Assembly (NCBI GenBank): GCA_963804165.1
Contig: CAWDPO010000017.1
Location: 160,001 to 224,000 of the forward strand
Direction of reading: 5' to 3'
DNA: 64,000 nucleotides
Source of the DNA: an uncultured delta proteobacterium
Lineage (GTDB): Bacteria; Desulfobacterota; Binatia; UBA9968
The position numbers and the translations under genes were made by a program. How positions within the stretch are numbered: the stretch's first letter is position 1; each line of letters begins with the position of its first letter. This document shows positions 19,521-29,563 of the stretch, piece after piece. Below the pieces are notes generated by a model. That model was given only the letters and a program-made list of their open reading frames with translations. It searched no databases and was not told the DNA's origin.

Positions 19521-19747
19521 TGCAGACGACTTTTCTCTGAAAGTGCGAGGGAAAAATGGCCACTCCCAGAATCATTGTCTGCACTTTTTCCGTCCCGCCG
19601 GAACACGCCACAGCGTGAACGGCGCGTACTCGGCCATTGGAGCGGCGACACGCCCTGCGCAATGATTTTTAGAGCCCGCTCCGCTTGTTCGCATAACGCA
19701 AGGCGAGGCTGCGGATGATCATGGCCGGGAGCCAAATTATCACTATT

Positions 19748-20200
19748 TCAGAGACAGCGATTCGAAGTCCACGACGGGAGAGAAAAGCCCTCGATCTCCA
19801 TTGGCGAGACGTAGAGCGGGCGCCACGGCAGAAAGAAGCGATCGTCCGAGAAGGGCCAAAGAAACGCGACGCCAAGGCCGCCGTTGGTCATGGCATCCAA
19901 TACGCCGTGCGAGATCGCGCTCAGCGCGACGAGAAAGAAAACAATGTGCGACGCCGCTGCTAAACGCGCCGCGAAAGGTATCGCGCCGAGGCCGAGAAGA
20001 ACACCAAAGGCGATGGAGTGCGTAAACCCCCTATGTCCGAAGGGGTGACCGTAAGGGACGCCCAGCCAATGGCCAATGGCGTCGATATCGGGAAGCATGG
20101 AAGCGGCGGCTGCGGCAACGAGGAGGCGACGAGAAACCCTTGCAGAGCCCAAAACCGCTGCGGCGGCCCATGGCACGGCCGGATGGGAGAAGAGTGAAGC
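19748..20200 (-). pseudogene. YbcI-like inner-membrane metal-dependent hydrolase, degenerate at both ends
   Basis: SMLPDID, GHRGFTHS, SHGVLDAMTNGGLG and RFFLPWRP motifs. Confidence 0.75.
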
Positions 20201-20242
20201 CAATGCAGATCGTTCCGGGAGGACGTGAATTTGAAAGGAAAA

Positions 20243-20284
20243 GGGGACTGGCAACTTTTCACAGGCGAGAAGTTGCCAGTCCCC
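20243..20284. repeat. RAYT-associated REP hairpin copy
   Basis: GGGGACTGGCAACTT...AAGTTGCCAGTCCCC, perfect 15-bp stem. Confidence 0.8.
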
Positions 20285-20293
20285 GAATTAGGT

Positions 20294-22558
20294 CTATGTT
20301 TTTTTCATTCCCGCCAACACGCGCTCGGGTGTGAACGGTGCTTCGCGCAGGCGCACGCCGACGGCGTCGAAGATCGCGTTGGCGATGGCCCCGGCGATCG
20401 GTGCGCTGGACGGCTCGCCGCCGCCGAGGGCGGGCATCTCGGGGCGGTTGATCAAGACGATCTCGATTTCGGGAACGTCGGGAAATCTCAGGATCGGGTA
20501 GCTTTTCCAGTCGAGAGTCTTGATGCCGGACGAGTCGAACTTGACCTCTTCCATGAGTGCGCGGCTGACGCCCTGAATGATATTTCCCTCGATTTGGTTT
20601 TTCAGCCCGTCGGGATTGATGATTAGTCCGCAGTCATGCGAGAGCACGAAGCGTTTCACCGCCACGTTACCGGTCGACTTGTCCACCTCTACTTCGGCGA
20701 CGGCGCCGCAGATCGTCTCGGCGCGGTTGGAGATGGCCACGCCTCTGCCGGTTGCTTTTGCTGCGGACGACGTTGCCGCGGGCGAAGGCCTCTCTTGCCA
20801 TCGGGCCTGCTTGACCACTGCGGTCAAAGCCTCTGCGCCGCGCTTATTGGCGCCGAGGTAGCGCATGCGGAACTGCACCGGGTCGACGCGCAAGTCCGCC
20901 GCGATCTCGTCCATGAACGACTCGCTGGCAAAACAGCGAGCGATGTCACCGGGAGCGCGCAAGTAACCCGTGCGCAGCGGCGTTTCGTCGGCTTGCACCC
21001 ACGGAATCAGGGGCGCCGCGCACTTTTGATTTTGGAACGCGTACATCTCGCCACCGCCTCGAGTGCCGTTGGAATTGCCATCGCCCGTGGGTTTCATGCC
21101 GATCTGCCGTGAGGCGAGCAGGCGCAAGCCCCCGCCCGAAGCGGCGGTGAGAGGAAAGCCGCGATCGGCAAAATCCCATGCGATGATCGTCCCCTGGGCG
21201 TCGACGCCGGCGCGGACCAAATCGAGCTGCGCGGGACCTTTGGGCTCCCAGGCATGTTCGTCATCGCGCATCCATTGGACACGGACCGGTTTGCCGACCG
21301 CGCGCGACAGCAGCGCGGCGTCTTCGGCGACGTCATCCGCGCCCATGCGACCGTAGCTGCCGGACGCTTCGCGCCAGAGCACGCGAACGTTTTTCTCGGG
21401 AAAACCGAGCATCTCAGCGACGGCCTTGCGCGTTTCGAACGAACCTTGGGTGCCGGTATAAATCGTCGCTTGCTCCTTACCGACGTCCGCGACGGCGCAC
21501 GACGGCCCCATCATGCCATGCAACTGAAACGGCCATCGATATGTAGCTTCGTAGGTTTTGCTCGCTTGCGCGAGTGCCGCTTCTGGATTGCCCTTGTTGA
21601 CGGTGACCTGGTCGCGCAGGCTCTTGGTGCTTTTTAGATAAGTAAAAACTTCATCCGAGCCGGCAGGCATTTTGGTAGCCGGCTCCGACCAAGTTACCTT
21701 CAGCGCTTTCGCAGCTTTGATGGCCGCCCATTCCGTTGCACAGACAACGCCGACGAAGCTTCCCTCCTGTACAACCTTAACGAAGCCATGGATCGTTTTG
21801 GCGTTGCTGTCGTCGATGCTCGCGGGCTGCGATGTGATCGTCGGCGGACGAACGACGCGTCCATGCAACATTCCGGACACGCGCACGTCGTGGGCGTAAA
21901 CAAACTCGCCCGTGAGCTTGGGCGGCAGCTCGACCCGTTTCTGCGACGTTCCGACGATCTTATAGTCTTTGACATCTTTAGCGCGCGCTTCCGGCGCGAC
22001 TTTCATGTTCCAGCCCCGACCCTCGGCGGTAATTTTTACGTTGAACTGTTTGCCGCCGATGAGCTGAGAATAGGAGACTTTTTTCGCCGCGTTGCCGGCA
22101 ACGCTCACGACGCCGTCCTTCACGGTCAGTTTTTCGACCGGCACGCCAAGCCGCGCGGAAGCGAGCTTCAAGAGCTCTTGCCGGGCCGCCGCCGCGGCTT
22201 GCCTCAACTGTGGGCCGCCTCTTTCAATGGTTCTGCTGCCAGCAGTTATGCCTTGATCGATGGCTTTCGCCGTATCCAAACTGATCATGTGGATTTTGTT
22301 GAACGGCACGTCCAATTCTTCCGCGACGATTTGGGCGAGCGCGGTTTCGACGCCGGTGCCGAGATCGACTTTGCCGGAGTAAACGGTAACGGTGCCGTCC
22401 GGCGCGATGGTGAGCCACGAATCGAGCGAGGTAGGGTCAGGCTCGCCCCCGCCGCGTGTCGATTGTGCCGAGAGCGGCGAGGGAAAGAAATTGAAGCTGA
22501 CAATCAGGGCGCCGGTGGTTTTGAGAAATTGTCTGCGATTAAGTTCCAGGGTCTTCAT
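20294..22558 (-). CDS. Xanthine dehydrogenase family Mo-cofactor subunit (IorB-like), paralog 2, Tat signal
   Basis: Same motifs as 8530-10803 but clearly diverged after the first 23 residues. Confidence 0.92.
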   Translation of the reverse strand: MKTLELNRRQFLKTTGALIVSFNFFPSPLSAQSTRGGGEPDPTSLDSWLTIAPDGTVTVYSGKVDLGTGVETALAQIVAEELDVPFNKIHMISLDTAKAIDQGITAGSRTIERGGPQLRQAAAAARQELLKLASARLGVPVEKLTVKDGVVSVAGNAAKKVSYSQLIGGKQFNVKITAEGRGWNMKVAPEARAKDVKDYKIVGTSQKRVELPPKLTGEFVYAHDVRVSGMLHGRVVRPPTITSQPASIDDSNAKTIHGFVKVVQEGSFVGVVCATEWAAIKAAKALKVTWSEPATKMPAGSDEVFTYLKSTKSLRDQVTVNKGNPEAALAQASKTYEATYRWPFQLHGMMGPSCAVADVGKEQATIYTGTQGSFETRKAVAEMLGFPEKNVRVLWREASGSYGRMGADDVAEDAALLSRAVGKPVRVQWMRDDEHAWEPKGPAQLDLVRAGVDAQGTIIAWDFADRGFPLTAASGGGLRLLASRQIGMKPTGDGNSNGTRGGGEMYAFQNQKCAAPLIPWVQADETPLRTGYLRAPGDIARCFASESFMDEIAADLRVDPVQFRMRYLGANKRGAEALTAVVKQARWQERPSPAATSSAAKATGRGVAISNRAETICGAVAEVEVDKSTGNVAVKRFVLSHDCGLIINPDGLKNQIEGNIIQGVSRALMEEVKFDSSGIKTLDWKSYPILRFPDVPEIEIVLINRPEMPALGGGEPSSAPIAGAIANAIFDAVGVRLREAPFTPERVLAGMKKT

Positions 22559-22996
22559 CGCTGAGCTCCTTTCCTTACACCAGCTGTCCCGACGCCCGTT
22601 TGACCGCTCTCAGGATGCGAAGATGGGTGCCGCAGCGGCACAGGTTCCCCGCCAGCGCTTCTTTGATCTGGCTGTCGGTGGGCTTGGGAGTTTTATCCAG
22701 CAGCGCTTTTGTGCTCATGATCATGCCGTTGATGCAGTAACCGCACTGCACCGCCTGTTCGTCGACGAAGGCCTGCTGGATTTTGTGCATTTTCTTCGTG
22801 GAGCCCAAGCCTTCGAGAGTCGTGACGGATTTATTCTGCGCGGCGCTGACGGGAGTGACACAGGAGCGGATGGCGTTGCCCTCCATGACGACGGTGCAGG
22901 CGCCGCATTGAGCGAGACCGCAGCCGAACTTGGGACCGTTCAATTGCAGATCGTTACGCAGGGCGTAGAGGAGGGGCATGTCGGGCTCTGCGTCGA
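22491..22996 (+). repeat. 506-bp near-identical direct repeat, copy 2
   Basis: Matches 10736-11241. Confidence 0.9.
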
Positions 22997-23039
22997 TGAC
23001 GTGTGATTTGCCGTTTACTCGGAGGGAAGTTTTCGCCAT
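22575..23039 (-). CDS. (2Fe-2S)-binding small subunit, paralog 2
   Basis: Same Cys motifs; ATG at 23039 behind AAGGAG. Confidence 0.95.
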   Translation of the reverse strand: MAKTSLRVNGKSHVIDAEPDMPLLYALRNDLQLNGPKFGCGLAQCGACTVVMEGNAIRSCVTPVSAAQNKSVTTLEGLGSTKKMHKIQQAFVDEQAVQCGYCINGMIMSTKALLDKTPKPTDSQIKEALAGNLCRCGTHLRILRAVKRASGQLV

Positions 23040-23203
23040 GGGCGGGCTCCTTTCGTTAGAAGGGCAATTTGGCGTCGGCGGACTGACAGCGGTGACTACG
23101 GACACTTTAGGAAAAGCCTTAGCCGAATGTCAAGGTTTCCTTCGACGACACTGCCGTAAAGAATCGGCTTTAAATGAAATATGTTCTCTTGTAGAGACGC
23201 CAG

Positions 23204-24697
23204 TTAGGTCCGTAGCCCACAAAGCGCTGCTATAGGCTTTCCATCCGTATCGGGCAGTGGTGTGTTCAACAATACCGCAATTGTCGGCGCGATATCCATG
23301 AGGGATGCTGGGAATGATTGCTTGTCCGCAGTAACCAAGGGGCCACAACCAAAGTAAATCCCGTCCGCGACATGGTTGCCGGTCCTATACTGCCGAGTCC
23401 TTGGACGGAGCTCTCCAATCTTTGGAGATGCTACCCCAGTGATCGGAGTATCGCGTCGCCACACGACGAAAAGATCAGGCAGGCAGTTTCTGTGCTCGCC
23501 ATCGAACAGGGGATCAGTTCGTAAAACTTGGTCGACGATTGCGCTACCGGTATCCGGGTTAATTAGGTCAAGCAGATCCCGGCTCAAGGTTGTGCAGAAT
23601 TCTTCCAGTTCTTTCCCTGGTCGAATGCGTCCAGCGGGTTCCCGGCCTTTCAGATTGACGCGAATGGCCCCACTGATTTCATTATGCTCCAATTGGAAAG
23701 CGTGACGGTGAGCATGAGAGTACCGCTCGTGCTTGCCAATTAGCCGTGCTCGAATCGTGTAAGTTGAGCGCTTGCCTTTCCAGTATAAGGACTGCCAGGA
23801 CGACATCGGACTCTCCAGACGGAGGAGGATCTCGTCCAAAAACGGCTCGCCTGTATAATTCGGTCCCATCCCGAGATCGGAGAAGACAATCACGCTAGTT
23901 TCCGGCCCGACGAGCGTCAACAGTTCACCAATAGCAGTGTCAAGCGCCTGATAAACTCTCTTGAGCGGGTTGCCGAGTTCACTCGCGAGTGTCGGATTAT
24001 GCTTAGGATGCTTTTCATCCAGTAGATGCCAGAGTTGATGACCGGCGCAATGGCTTTCCTTAAACACGGTTAAGAAAAGATCCCAGTTTCCATGACAGAG
24101 AAATTCGGCGGTGACCGCCAGTTTCCGTTCTATGCCGTCCAGCGTTCGTTGCAAGAACAACTCATACTCGTTCTCTGAAAAGGCATCCATCCGGCACAGC
24201 CGTTCAGCTGACTCCATGCGGTCAGTTCCGTCATCGCCAAAACGAGCGAGGATAGTCGCCGCGAGATCCGGCGGCCAACTACATGTCTCGTGATCGCGAC
24301 CATGAACGAGCCAGTCAGCCAACTGGACTGCGTTCAAATTCTTCGACAACGGGCACTTAGGCACGTCGATGACACCCACTCTCCGGCCGGCGCGACTCAA
24401 CACGTTCCAAAAAGGCTCGTGTTTTAAATTTTCATCACGAAAGTGTGGCGTAATATAGGAGCCGCTCTGAAGGTAGTTCGAGAAATATCGACCATGCCGC
24501 GCAGGGGATACTGCAGTGTAGAAAGATGCCCATGCCGCATCATCGCCCATCGCAGGCGGACTCGCGAGCTTGCCCTCCACGCCTTTCTTCCTGAGCGACT
24601 GCAACACGGGCAGCTCACCGGAGTCACACCACTTCAACAGCAGGTTTGGGTCCGCAGAATCCAACCCAATAACAAGGATTTTCGCCGGAGAAACCAT
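23204..24697 (-). CDS. Alkaline phosphatase superfamily / type I phosphodiesterase-like protein
   Basis: VIGLDSAD, AWASFYT..P.RHG, VFSDLGM, GNH..DG and LMDIAPT motifs. Confidence 0.85.
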   Translation of the reverse strand: MVSPAKILVIGLDSADPNLLLKWCDSGELPVLQSLRKKGVEGKLASPPAMGDDAAWASFYTAVSPARHGRYFSNYLQSGSYITPHFRDENLKHEPFWNVLSRAGRRVGVIDVPKCPLSKNLNAVQLADWLVHGRDHETCSWPPDLAATILARFGDDGTDRMESAERLCRMDAFSENEYELFLQRTLDGIERKLAVTAEFLCHGNWDLFLTVFKESHCAGHQLWHLLDEKHPKHNPTLASELGNPLKRVYQALDTAIGELLTLVGPETSVIVFSDLGMGPNYTGEPFLDEILLRLESPMSSWQSLYWKGKRSTYTIRARLIGKHERYSHAHRHAFQLEHNEISGAIRVNLKGREPAGRIRPGKELEEFCTTLSRDLLDLINPDTGSAIVDQVLRTDPLFDGEHRNCLPDLFVVWRRDTPITGVASPKIGELRPRTRQYRTGNHVADGIYFGCGPLVTADKQSFPASLMDIAPTIAVLLNTPLPDTDGKPIAALCGLRT

Positions 24698-24949
24698 GAA
24701 ACATCGACCGCTACTTATCGCCCGATATTTCTATCAAGGCTTCAGACAGGTCTAACCGTTTTGCATGGCGTGGGGCAGGATCGGAAAGCAAAGGCCGCCG
24801 TTGTCTCACCGTGCCCCTCTCGAACGCACCAGTGAAACTTAACAATCTGACCAGGGTATGAAAATTCTCTAAGCGGTTCAGAGTGCCGGATTTCTACAGG
24901 GACTTTAGATGCCTGTCAATGGTCTGAAAAAGCTGGGCTCTCGTCAGAG

Positions 24950-25100
24950 TCTTCGCAATCGTGCCGAGACGAGAATTGTGCCGGCGACGATGCGTGGGGC
25001 GATCTTTTCTAGGTCGCGGAAAAACAATTTGCCGCCGAGAACCACTCATAGAGGCAGAGTTACGGTCAACGGCGTGACGAGGATGACCGGCGCTGCGCCG
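24950..25100 (-). pseudogene. DMT/EamA transporter C-terminal remnant
   Basis: Manual translation APVILVTPLTVTLPL*VVLGGKLFFRDLEKIAPRIVAGTILV, with an internal stop; resembles the C-terminus of 32221-33081. Confidence 0.55.
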
Positions 25101-25121
25101 TGTGATTCTACGTAGCCCGCA

Positions 25122-26396
25122 TCAACGCGCGGGGGCAACCTGCTCGTTTCGTTCCTTGACGAAGGTGAGCAGCACCATCCCTGCCAGATAGGTCGAAGCG
25201 GCGAGCAAGAAAGCCGGCGTGAATCCGTGATTTTGCATCACGTAGCCGACGACCAACGTCCAGATCGGTCCGGAGATGCAGCCGACGAAATAATAAATTG
25301 AAAACGCCGCGTCGGTGAGATCGTCGCGGGCGTTGTCGCTGATCATGGCCTGGGTCAGCGAGCCGCGGGCTTCCACGACGCTGCCGTAAAGAATCAGGTT
25401 TAAATAAAACAGCGGGCCAAGCGAGGTTTGATAGGCGAGCCAAACGGTCATCACTGCCGACAACAACAGCGTGACCTGCGTGACGACGGCGCGCCTTCCC
25501 AATCGATCGGAAATCCAAGCTATGGCGAGCGGACCGACCAAGCCGGCGCCTTGCAACACGGTTAGAAACAACCCCCCCACGGAAGCCGTGACGTCGAAGC
25601 GCTCCATGAAAAAAGGCACAAGATAGGTGAGATTGATGCCGGTGCCGCGTCCGGCGGCGCCGACCATCAGCACGAGAGAGGTGAAGAGAATATTGCGGTT
25701 CTTGAGACAGACTCGGTACGCGTCGATATTGGCTTTGAAATTGGCCTTGCCGGTTTTGCCTTCGTCGGCCGCGGAAGTGTGTTCGCGCACCATAAAGAGC
25801 GCCAGTCCCATGACCAGACTCACCAGACCGAAAACGATGAAAGCAGTTCTCCAGTTCATGTAAAGCAAGGCGATCGACGCCAAGCCCGGGCCGATGAACG
25901 AGCCAAAGCTGCCGGCTGAATGATGAAAGGTGAGTGCCCAACCGCGCGCCTTGGGATAGAAGCGCGACAAAATGCTTGCGCCGAGCGGATGCTGCGGGCT
26001 CGACCCGGCATCGATGGCAACGCGCGCGACCAGTAGCTGCGGATAACTGCCGACAAAATATTGCGCCATCGCGGAAAGGCCGACGATCACGTTACCCGTG
26101 CCGAGGATGACCGTACGCTTGAAGAAACCGGTGAACAGCCCGTAGACGACCTGCAGCCCTTGGCCGACGAAATTCGAGATCGCCGAAAGCGCGCCGAGCT
26201 GGAGCAGGCCGAAACCGAGCTCTCCCATCATGACGGGAAAGATGACCGAGGTGATACTGTACTGCAGGTGATTGAGTGTATGACACGTGCTGACCAAGCT
26301 GAGCGCGAGGCGTTTTTGTCGAAGCGTGGCTTCGAGCGTCGGAGTGTCGGATGATGCAGCGGTTACACCGGTGACGGTGCTGGTTTGCTCGCTCAT
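25122..26396 (-). CDS. MFS transporter (FsR-like)
   Basis: About 12 TM segments; CHTLNH, SSPQHP and WISDRLGRR motifs. Confidence 0.9.
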   Translation of the reverse strand: MSEQTSTVTGVTAASSDTPTLEATLRQKRLALSLVSTCHTLNHLQYSITSVIFPVMMGELGFGLLQLGALSAISNFVGQGLQVVYGLFTGFFKRTVILGTGNVIVGLSAMAQYFVGSYPQLLVARVAIDAGSSPQHPLGASILSRFYPKARGWALTFHHSAGSFGSFIGPGLASIALLYMNWRTAFIVFGLVSLVMGLALFMVREHTSAADEGKTGKANFKANIDAYRVCLKNRNILFTSLVLMVGAAGRGTGINLTYLVPFFMERFDVTASVGGLFLTVLQGAGLVGPLAIAWISDRLGRRAVVTQVTLLLSAVMTVWLAYQTSLGPLFYLNLILYGSVVEARGSLTQAMISDNARDDLTDAAFSIYYFVGCISGPIWTLVVGYVMQNHGFTPAFLLAASTYLAGMVLLTFVKERNEQVAPAR

Positions 26397-26536
26397 GGCA
26401 ATTTACTTCCTCGTTGAAGTATTGAACTGATGAAGCACTGGGGTCTGGTGTATAGGCTGGCGGCGGCGTCTGTCAACAACAGGACTGAGTAACGAGGAAT
26501 GAAAACTGGGTACAACTGCTGACTAAGGGGGCAAGG

Positions 26537-28075
26537 TCACGAGTCAGTCGTTTGTGGGTGGTGCGCAGGCGCGTCCTTCGACATTAAGAGACTGACGGCC
26601 ACCCCGGCGACCATGAACACGAACCCGACTAGAAACGCGTACCAGATCGCGTCGCCCAGGATCGCAATCGTTTTCGGCAACAACTCAGGCGGGATTTGCA
26701 TGCGTGTCGCTGGTTCGAGAAGATTCTGTGGATGAGCGAGTTTGTTGAGCAGCGCGGCCGAAAGACCACTGCCGGAAAGTTGATTGAGGCCGCGCTGCAT
26801 CTGGTGCAGCAATACCGTTCCCATCAAGCTTACGGCGAAGGCGCCGCCAAAGGTTCTGAACAGCATCGCCGTGGACGTCGCCGCGCCGATCTGTTGATGC
26901 GCTACCGAATTTTGCACGGCCACGAGTGTCGTGAGATTGGCCATGCCCATGCCCGTGCCGATCAAGGTTCCGCCGATGGCGACCCATAAGACGCTGAGAT
27001 CGGACTTGAAAGCGACGAAAAAACTATAACCGATCGCCAATAGCGTCATACCCGCGGTAGCCACCGCGCGATAACCGAGGCGATTGAGGGCTTGCCCGGC
27101 GATCAAGCTGCCGGCTGTCCATGCCACGCTGACGAACAGCAGCACCATACCAGCGCGCGAGGCGGTGAGTCCGCTGACTCCTTGGAGATAGAGCGGCAAA
27201 TAGCTGACGGCACCGAACACCCCCATGGCCGCCAACGTGGTGACGGCGGCGGAGCTGTTGAAAAGGCTCACGTGAAATAGATCCAGCGGTATGATCGGCT
27301 CCGCGGCTCTGCGCTCGATGAAATAAAAAATAATTAGAAAGACGGCTGCGAGGCCAATGATTCCGATGAGCTCGGCGTCGAGAGGTTGTCTGGAACGCGC
27401 GCTGTGAGACAGCGCGTAAAATAACAAGAGCAGCGCAGCCAGCAGCGTCAGCATTCCGGCAAAATCGAGCTTGTGCACGCGTTGCTCGCGAGGAGCCTCT
27501 TTTAGCCCGGCGACGATTAAAGCGATGGCGACCGCGGTGATCGGCAGGTTCACGAAGAACGCCCAGCGCCAACTCCAGTTCTCGACGATGACGCCGCCGG
27601 CGAGCGGTCCAAGGATCGACGCGACGCCCCAGATACCGCTGATGACGCCCTGCACTTTGGCGCGCTCCTCAGGCGGGTAGAGTATGCCCACCACGATGAA
27701 TGACAGCGCGTAGATCGCGCCGCCGCCCAGCCCTTGCACGGCGCGAAACAGCACCAGCGCTTCCATGCTTTGCGCCGCGCCGCAAAGGGTCGAGCCGAGA
27801 ACGAAAATAGCGATGCCGATCAGCATCAAGCGGCGCCGGCTGTAGAGATCGGATAATTTTCCAAACAACGGGGTGCTGAGCGCGGACGTGAGCATGTAGA
27901 TCGAAAACACCCAACTATAGAGCTCGAGTCCGCCGAGCTTGGCGACAATCGTGGGCATCGCCGTGCTGACGATCGTCGCATCGATGGCGAAAAGAAAGAT
28001 CACCAGCATCACGCCGAAGGCGGCGAGATTTCTTTTGCCCGTTGTCGAGGGCGCAGAAACTAAAGGTGAGTTCAC
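26537..28075 (-). CDS. MFS drug:H+ antiporter, DHA2 (EmrB/QacA-like, 14 TM)
   Basis: AIDATIVSTAMPTI, GKLSDLYSRR, RAVQGLGGG, WRWAFFVNLP and EPIIPLDLF; probable GTG start at 28075. Confidence 0.9.
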   Translation of the reverse strand: MNSPLVSAPSTTGKRNLAAFGVMLVIFLFAIDATIVSTAMPTIVAKLGGLELYSWVFSIYMLTSALSTPLFGKLSDLYSRRRLMLIGIAIFVLGSTLCGAAQSMEALVLFRAVQGLGGGAIYALSFIVVGILYPPEERAKVQGVISGIWGVASILGPLAGGVIVENWSWRWAFFVNLPITAVAIALIVAGLKEAPREQRVHKLDFAGMLTLLAALLLLFYALSHSARSRQPLDAELIGIIGLAAVFLIIFYFIERRAAEPIIPLDLFHVSLFNSSAAVTTLAAMGVFGAVSYLPLYLQGVSGLTASRAGMVLLFVSVAWTAGSLIAGQALNRLGYRAVATAGMTLLAIGYSFFVAFKSDLSVLWVAIGGTLIGTGMGMANLTTLVAVQNSVAHQQIGAATSTAMLFRTFGGAFAVSLMGTVLLHQMQRGLNQLSGSGLSAALLNKLAHPQNLLEPATRMQIPPELLPKTIAILGDAIWYAFLVGFVFMVAGVAVSLLMSKDAPAHHPQTTDS

Positions 28076-28230
28076 GTCGAGGCTGATTTCGCTAATTGAT
28101 TTTTGTAGCTCTATCAGGTGGACTAGTTCCGCTCGAGAGTCAAGCAAGCGCCGATGATAGCGCATTTCGCCGGCGCATTGACAGGCGTTTATTATCAGCG
28201 GTAATACCGAGACACGCGAGGAGGAAATAC

Positions 28231-29238
28231 ATGTTAGCGAAGATTGTCACAATCGGCGTCGCGTTCGGCCTGGCTTTCACGCTTTCGACGCCATTTGCTT
28301 TCGCGCAAGTTTCGCCGGAAATCATCGAAGCCGCCAAGAAAGAAGGCGAGGTGATGTTCTACGGCGCGATCACGATCAACTCGTCGAAGGCGATCGGCGA
28401 TGCGTTCGAGAAGAAATACGGCATCAAATTGCACCACTGGCGCGGCGACGCCACCGAGTTGATCAACCGTACGCTCGCCGAAGCGAGGGCGGGGAAACCG
28501 GCTTTCGACGTCACGCTCGGGAATGAAGTCGTGATGACGGCTCTCGACGAGAAAAAATTGTTCGCCGTCTTCGATCCTCCCGCGGCGAAGAGCTATCCCA
28601 AGCAATTTCGCGATCCGGATAACCGCATGACGCCGTGGCGCGTGCTGCCCTACGGCATCAATTATAATTACCAGATCGTTAAGGCCGAGGACGCGCCGAA
28701 GAATTGGGAGGAACTGCTCGCGCCGAAGTGGAAAGGCAAATTCGCCATGGCCAATCCCGGGATTCACGTGACTACGCTCCAATTTGTCTTGAACCTGGAA
28801 AAGCTCCTTGGGCCGAAGTGGCTCAAAGTCGTTGAAGGTTGGGCCAAGCAAGAGCCGCGCCTCGGCCGCAGCCTGGCCGACTCGATTCAGCCGTTAACCG
28901 CGGGCGAGGTGCCGGTGGCGATCGGCTATATCAAGGACAAGTTTCAGTACGCGGGACCCATCGAGTACGTCCGCATGAACAAGTATCTCGCGTCGCTCAG
29001 TTTCGCCGCCATCAACCGCCAGGCCCCGCACCCGAATGCCGCGCGACTATTCACCGACTTTTTTCTCGGCCCCGAGTCGCAGAAAATCTTCGGCAACTTC
29101 GGCGAGTATGTGTTTCATCCTGAAGTTGATCATAAATTCAAAAAAGACGTGAAGGACGATCAGATCGTAGTCATGAGATTGCCTGGTAACGAAGAATTGG
29201 AGACTTGGAGTAAGAAGTTCAGGGATATGTTTAGGTAA
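28231..29238 (+). CDS. Extracellular solute-binding protein (Fe3+/thiamine/polyamine-type)
   Basis: Signal peptide; EAAKKEGEV, PKNWEELLAPKWKGK and APHPNAARLFTDF motifs; GAGGAGG RBS. Confidence 0.88.
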   Translation: MLAKIVTIGVAFGLAFTLSTPFAFAQVSPEIIEAAKKEGEVMFYGAITINSSKAIGDAFEKKYGIKLHHWRGDATELINRTLAEARAGKPAFDVTLGNEVVMTALDEKKLFAVFDPPAAKSYPKQFRDPDNRMTPWRVLPYGINYNYQIVKAEDAPKNWEELLAPKWKGKFAMANPGIHVTTLQFVLNLEKLLGPKWLKVVEGWAKQEPRLGRSLADSIQPLTAGEVPVAIGYIKDKFQYAGPIEYVRMNKYLASLSFAAINRQAPHPNAARLFTDFFLGPESQKIFGNFGEYVFHPEVDHKFKKDVKDDQIVVMRLPGNEELETWSKKFRDMFR

Positions 29239-29563
29239 CGGACGAGTAATCGATCGCTGTTTCCCTGCTGGGATCTATCGGAGTAGGCCACGTGCTAACA
29301 TATGAAAATGGATTTTGGTTTTCACGGTCATCGGGATAAACGTAGCGATTTGTATAATCGATTTGCGGTTGGCCGCGGCCGCGAGACGTTTAACCGAAAC
29401 CAAGCACGATTACAATGAAGTCGGACGCTCAGCCTAAATCGCAACAAAGTGTTGCAAGGTAATTTCTTGACCAGTCTTCAAACCTTGTTTATGATTACCG
29501 CCTACGTTCGATGTTTATAGGAGGACTTAGTCAAACTCATCCTATTCTGGGGCCTGGCCTTGT

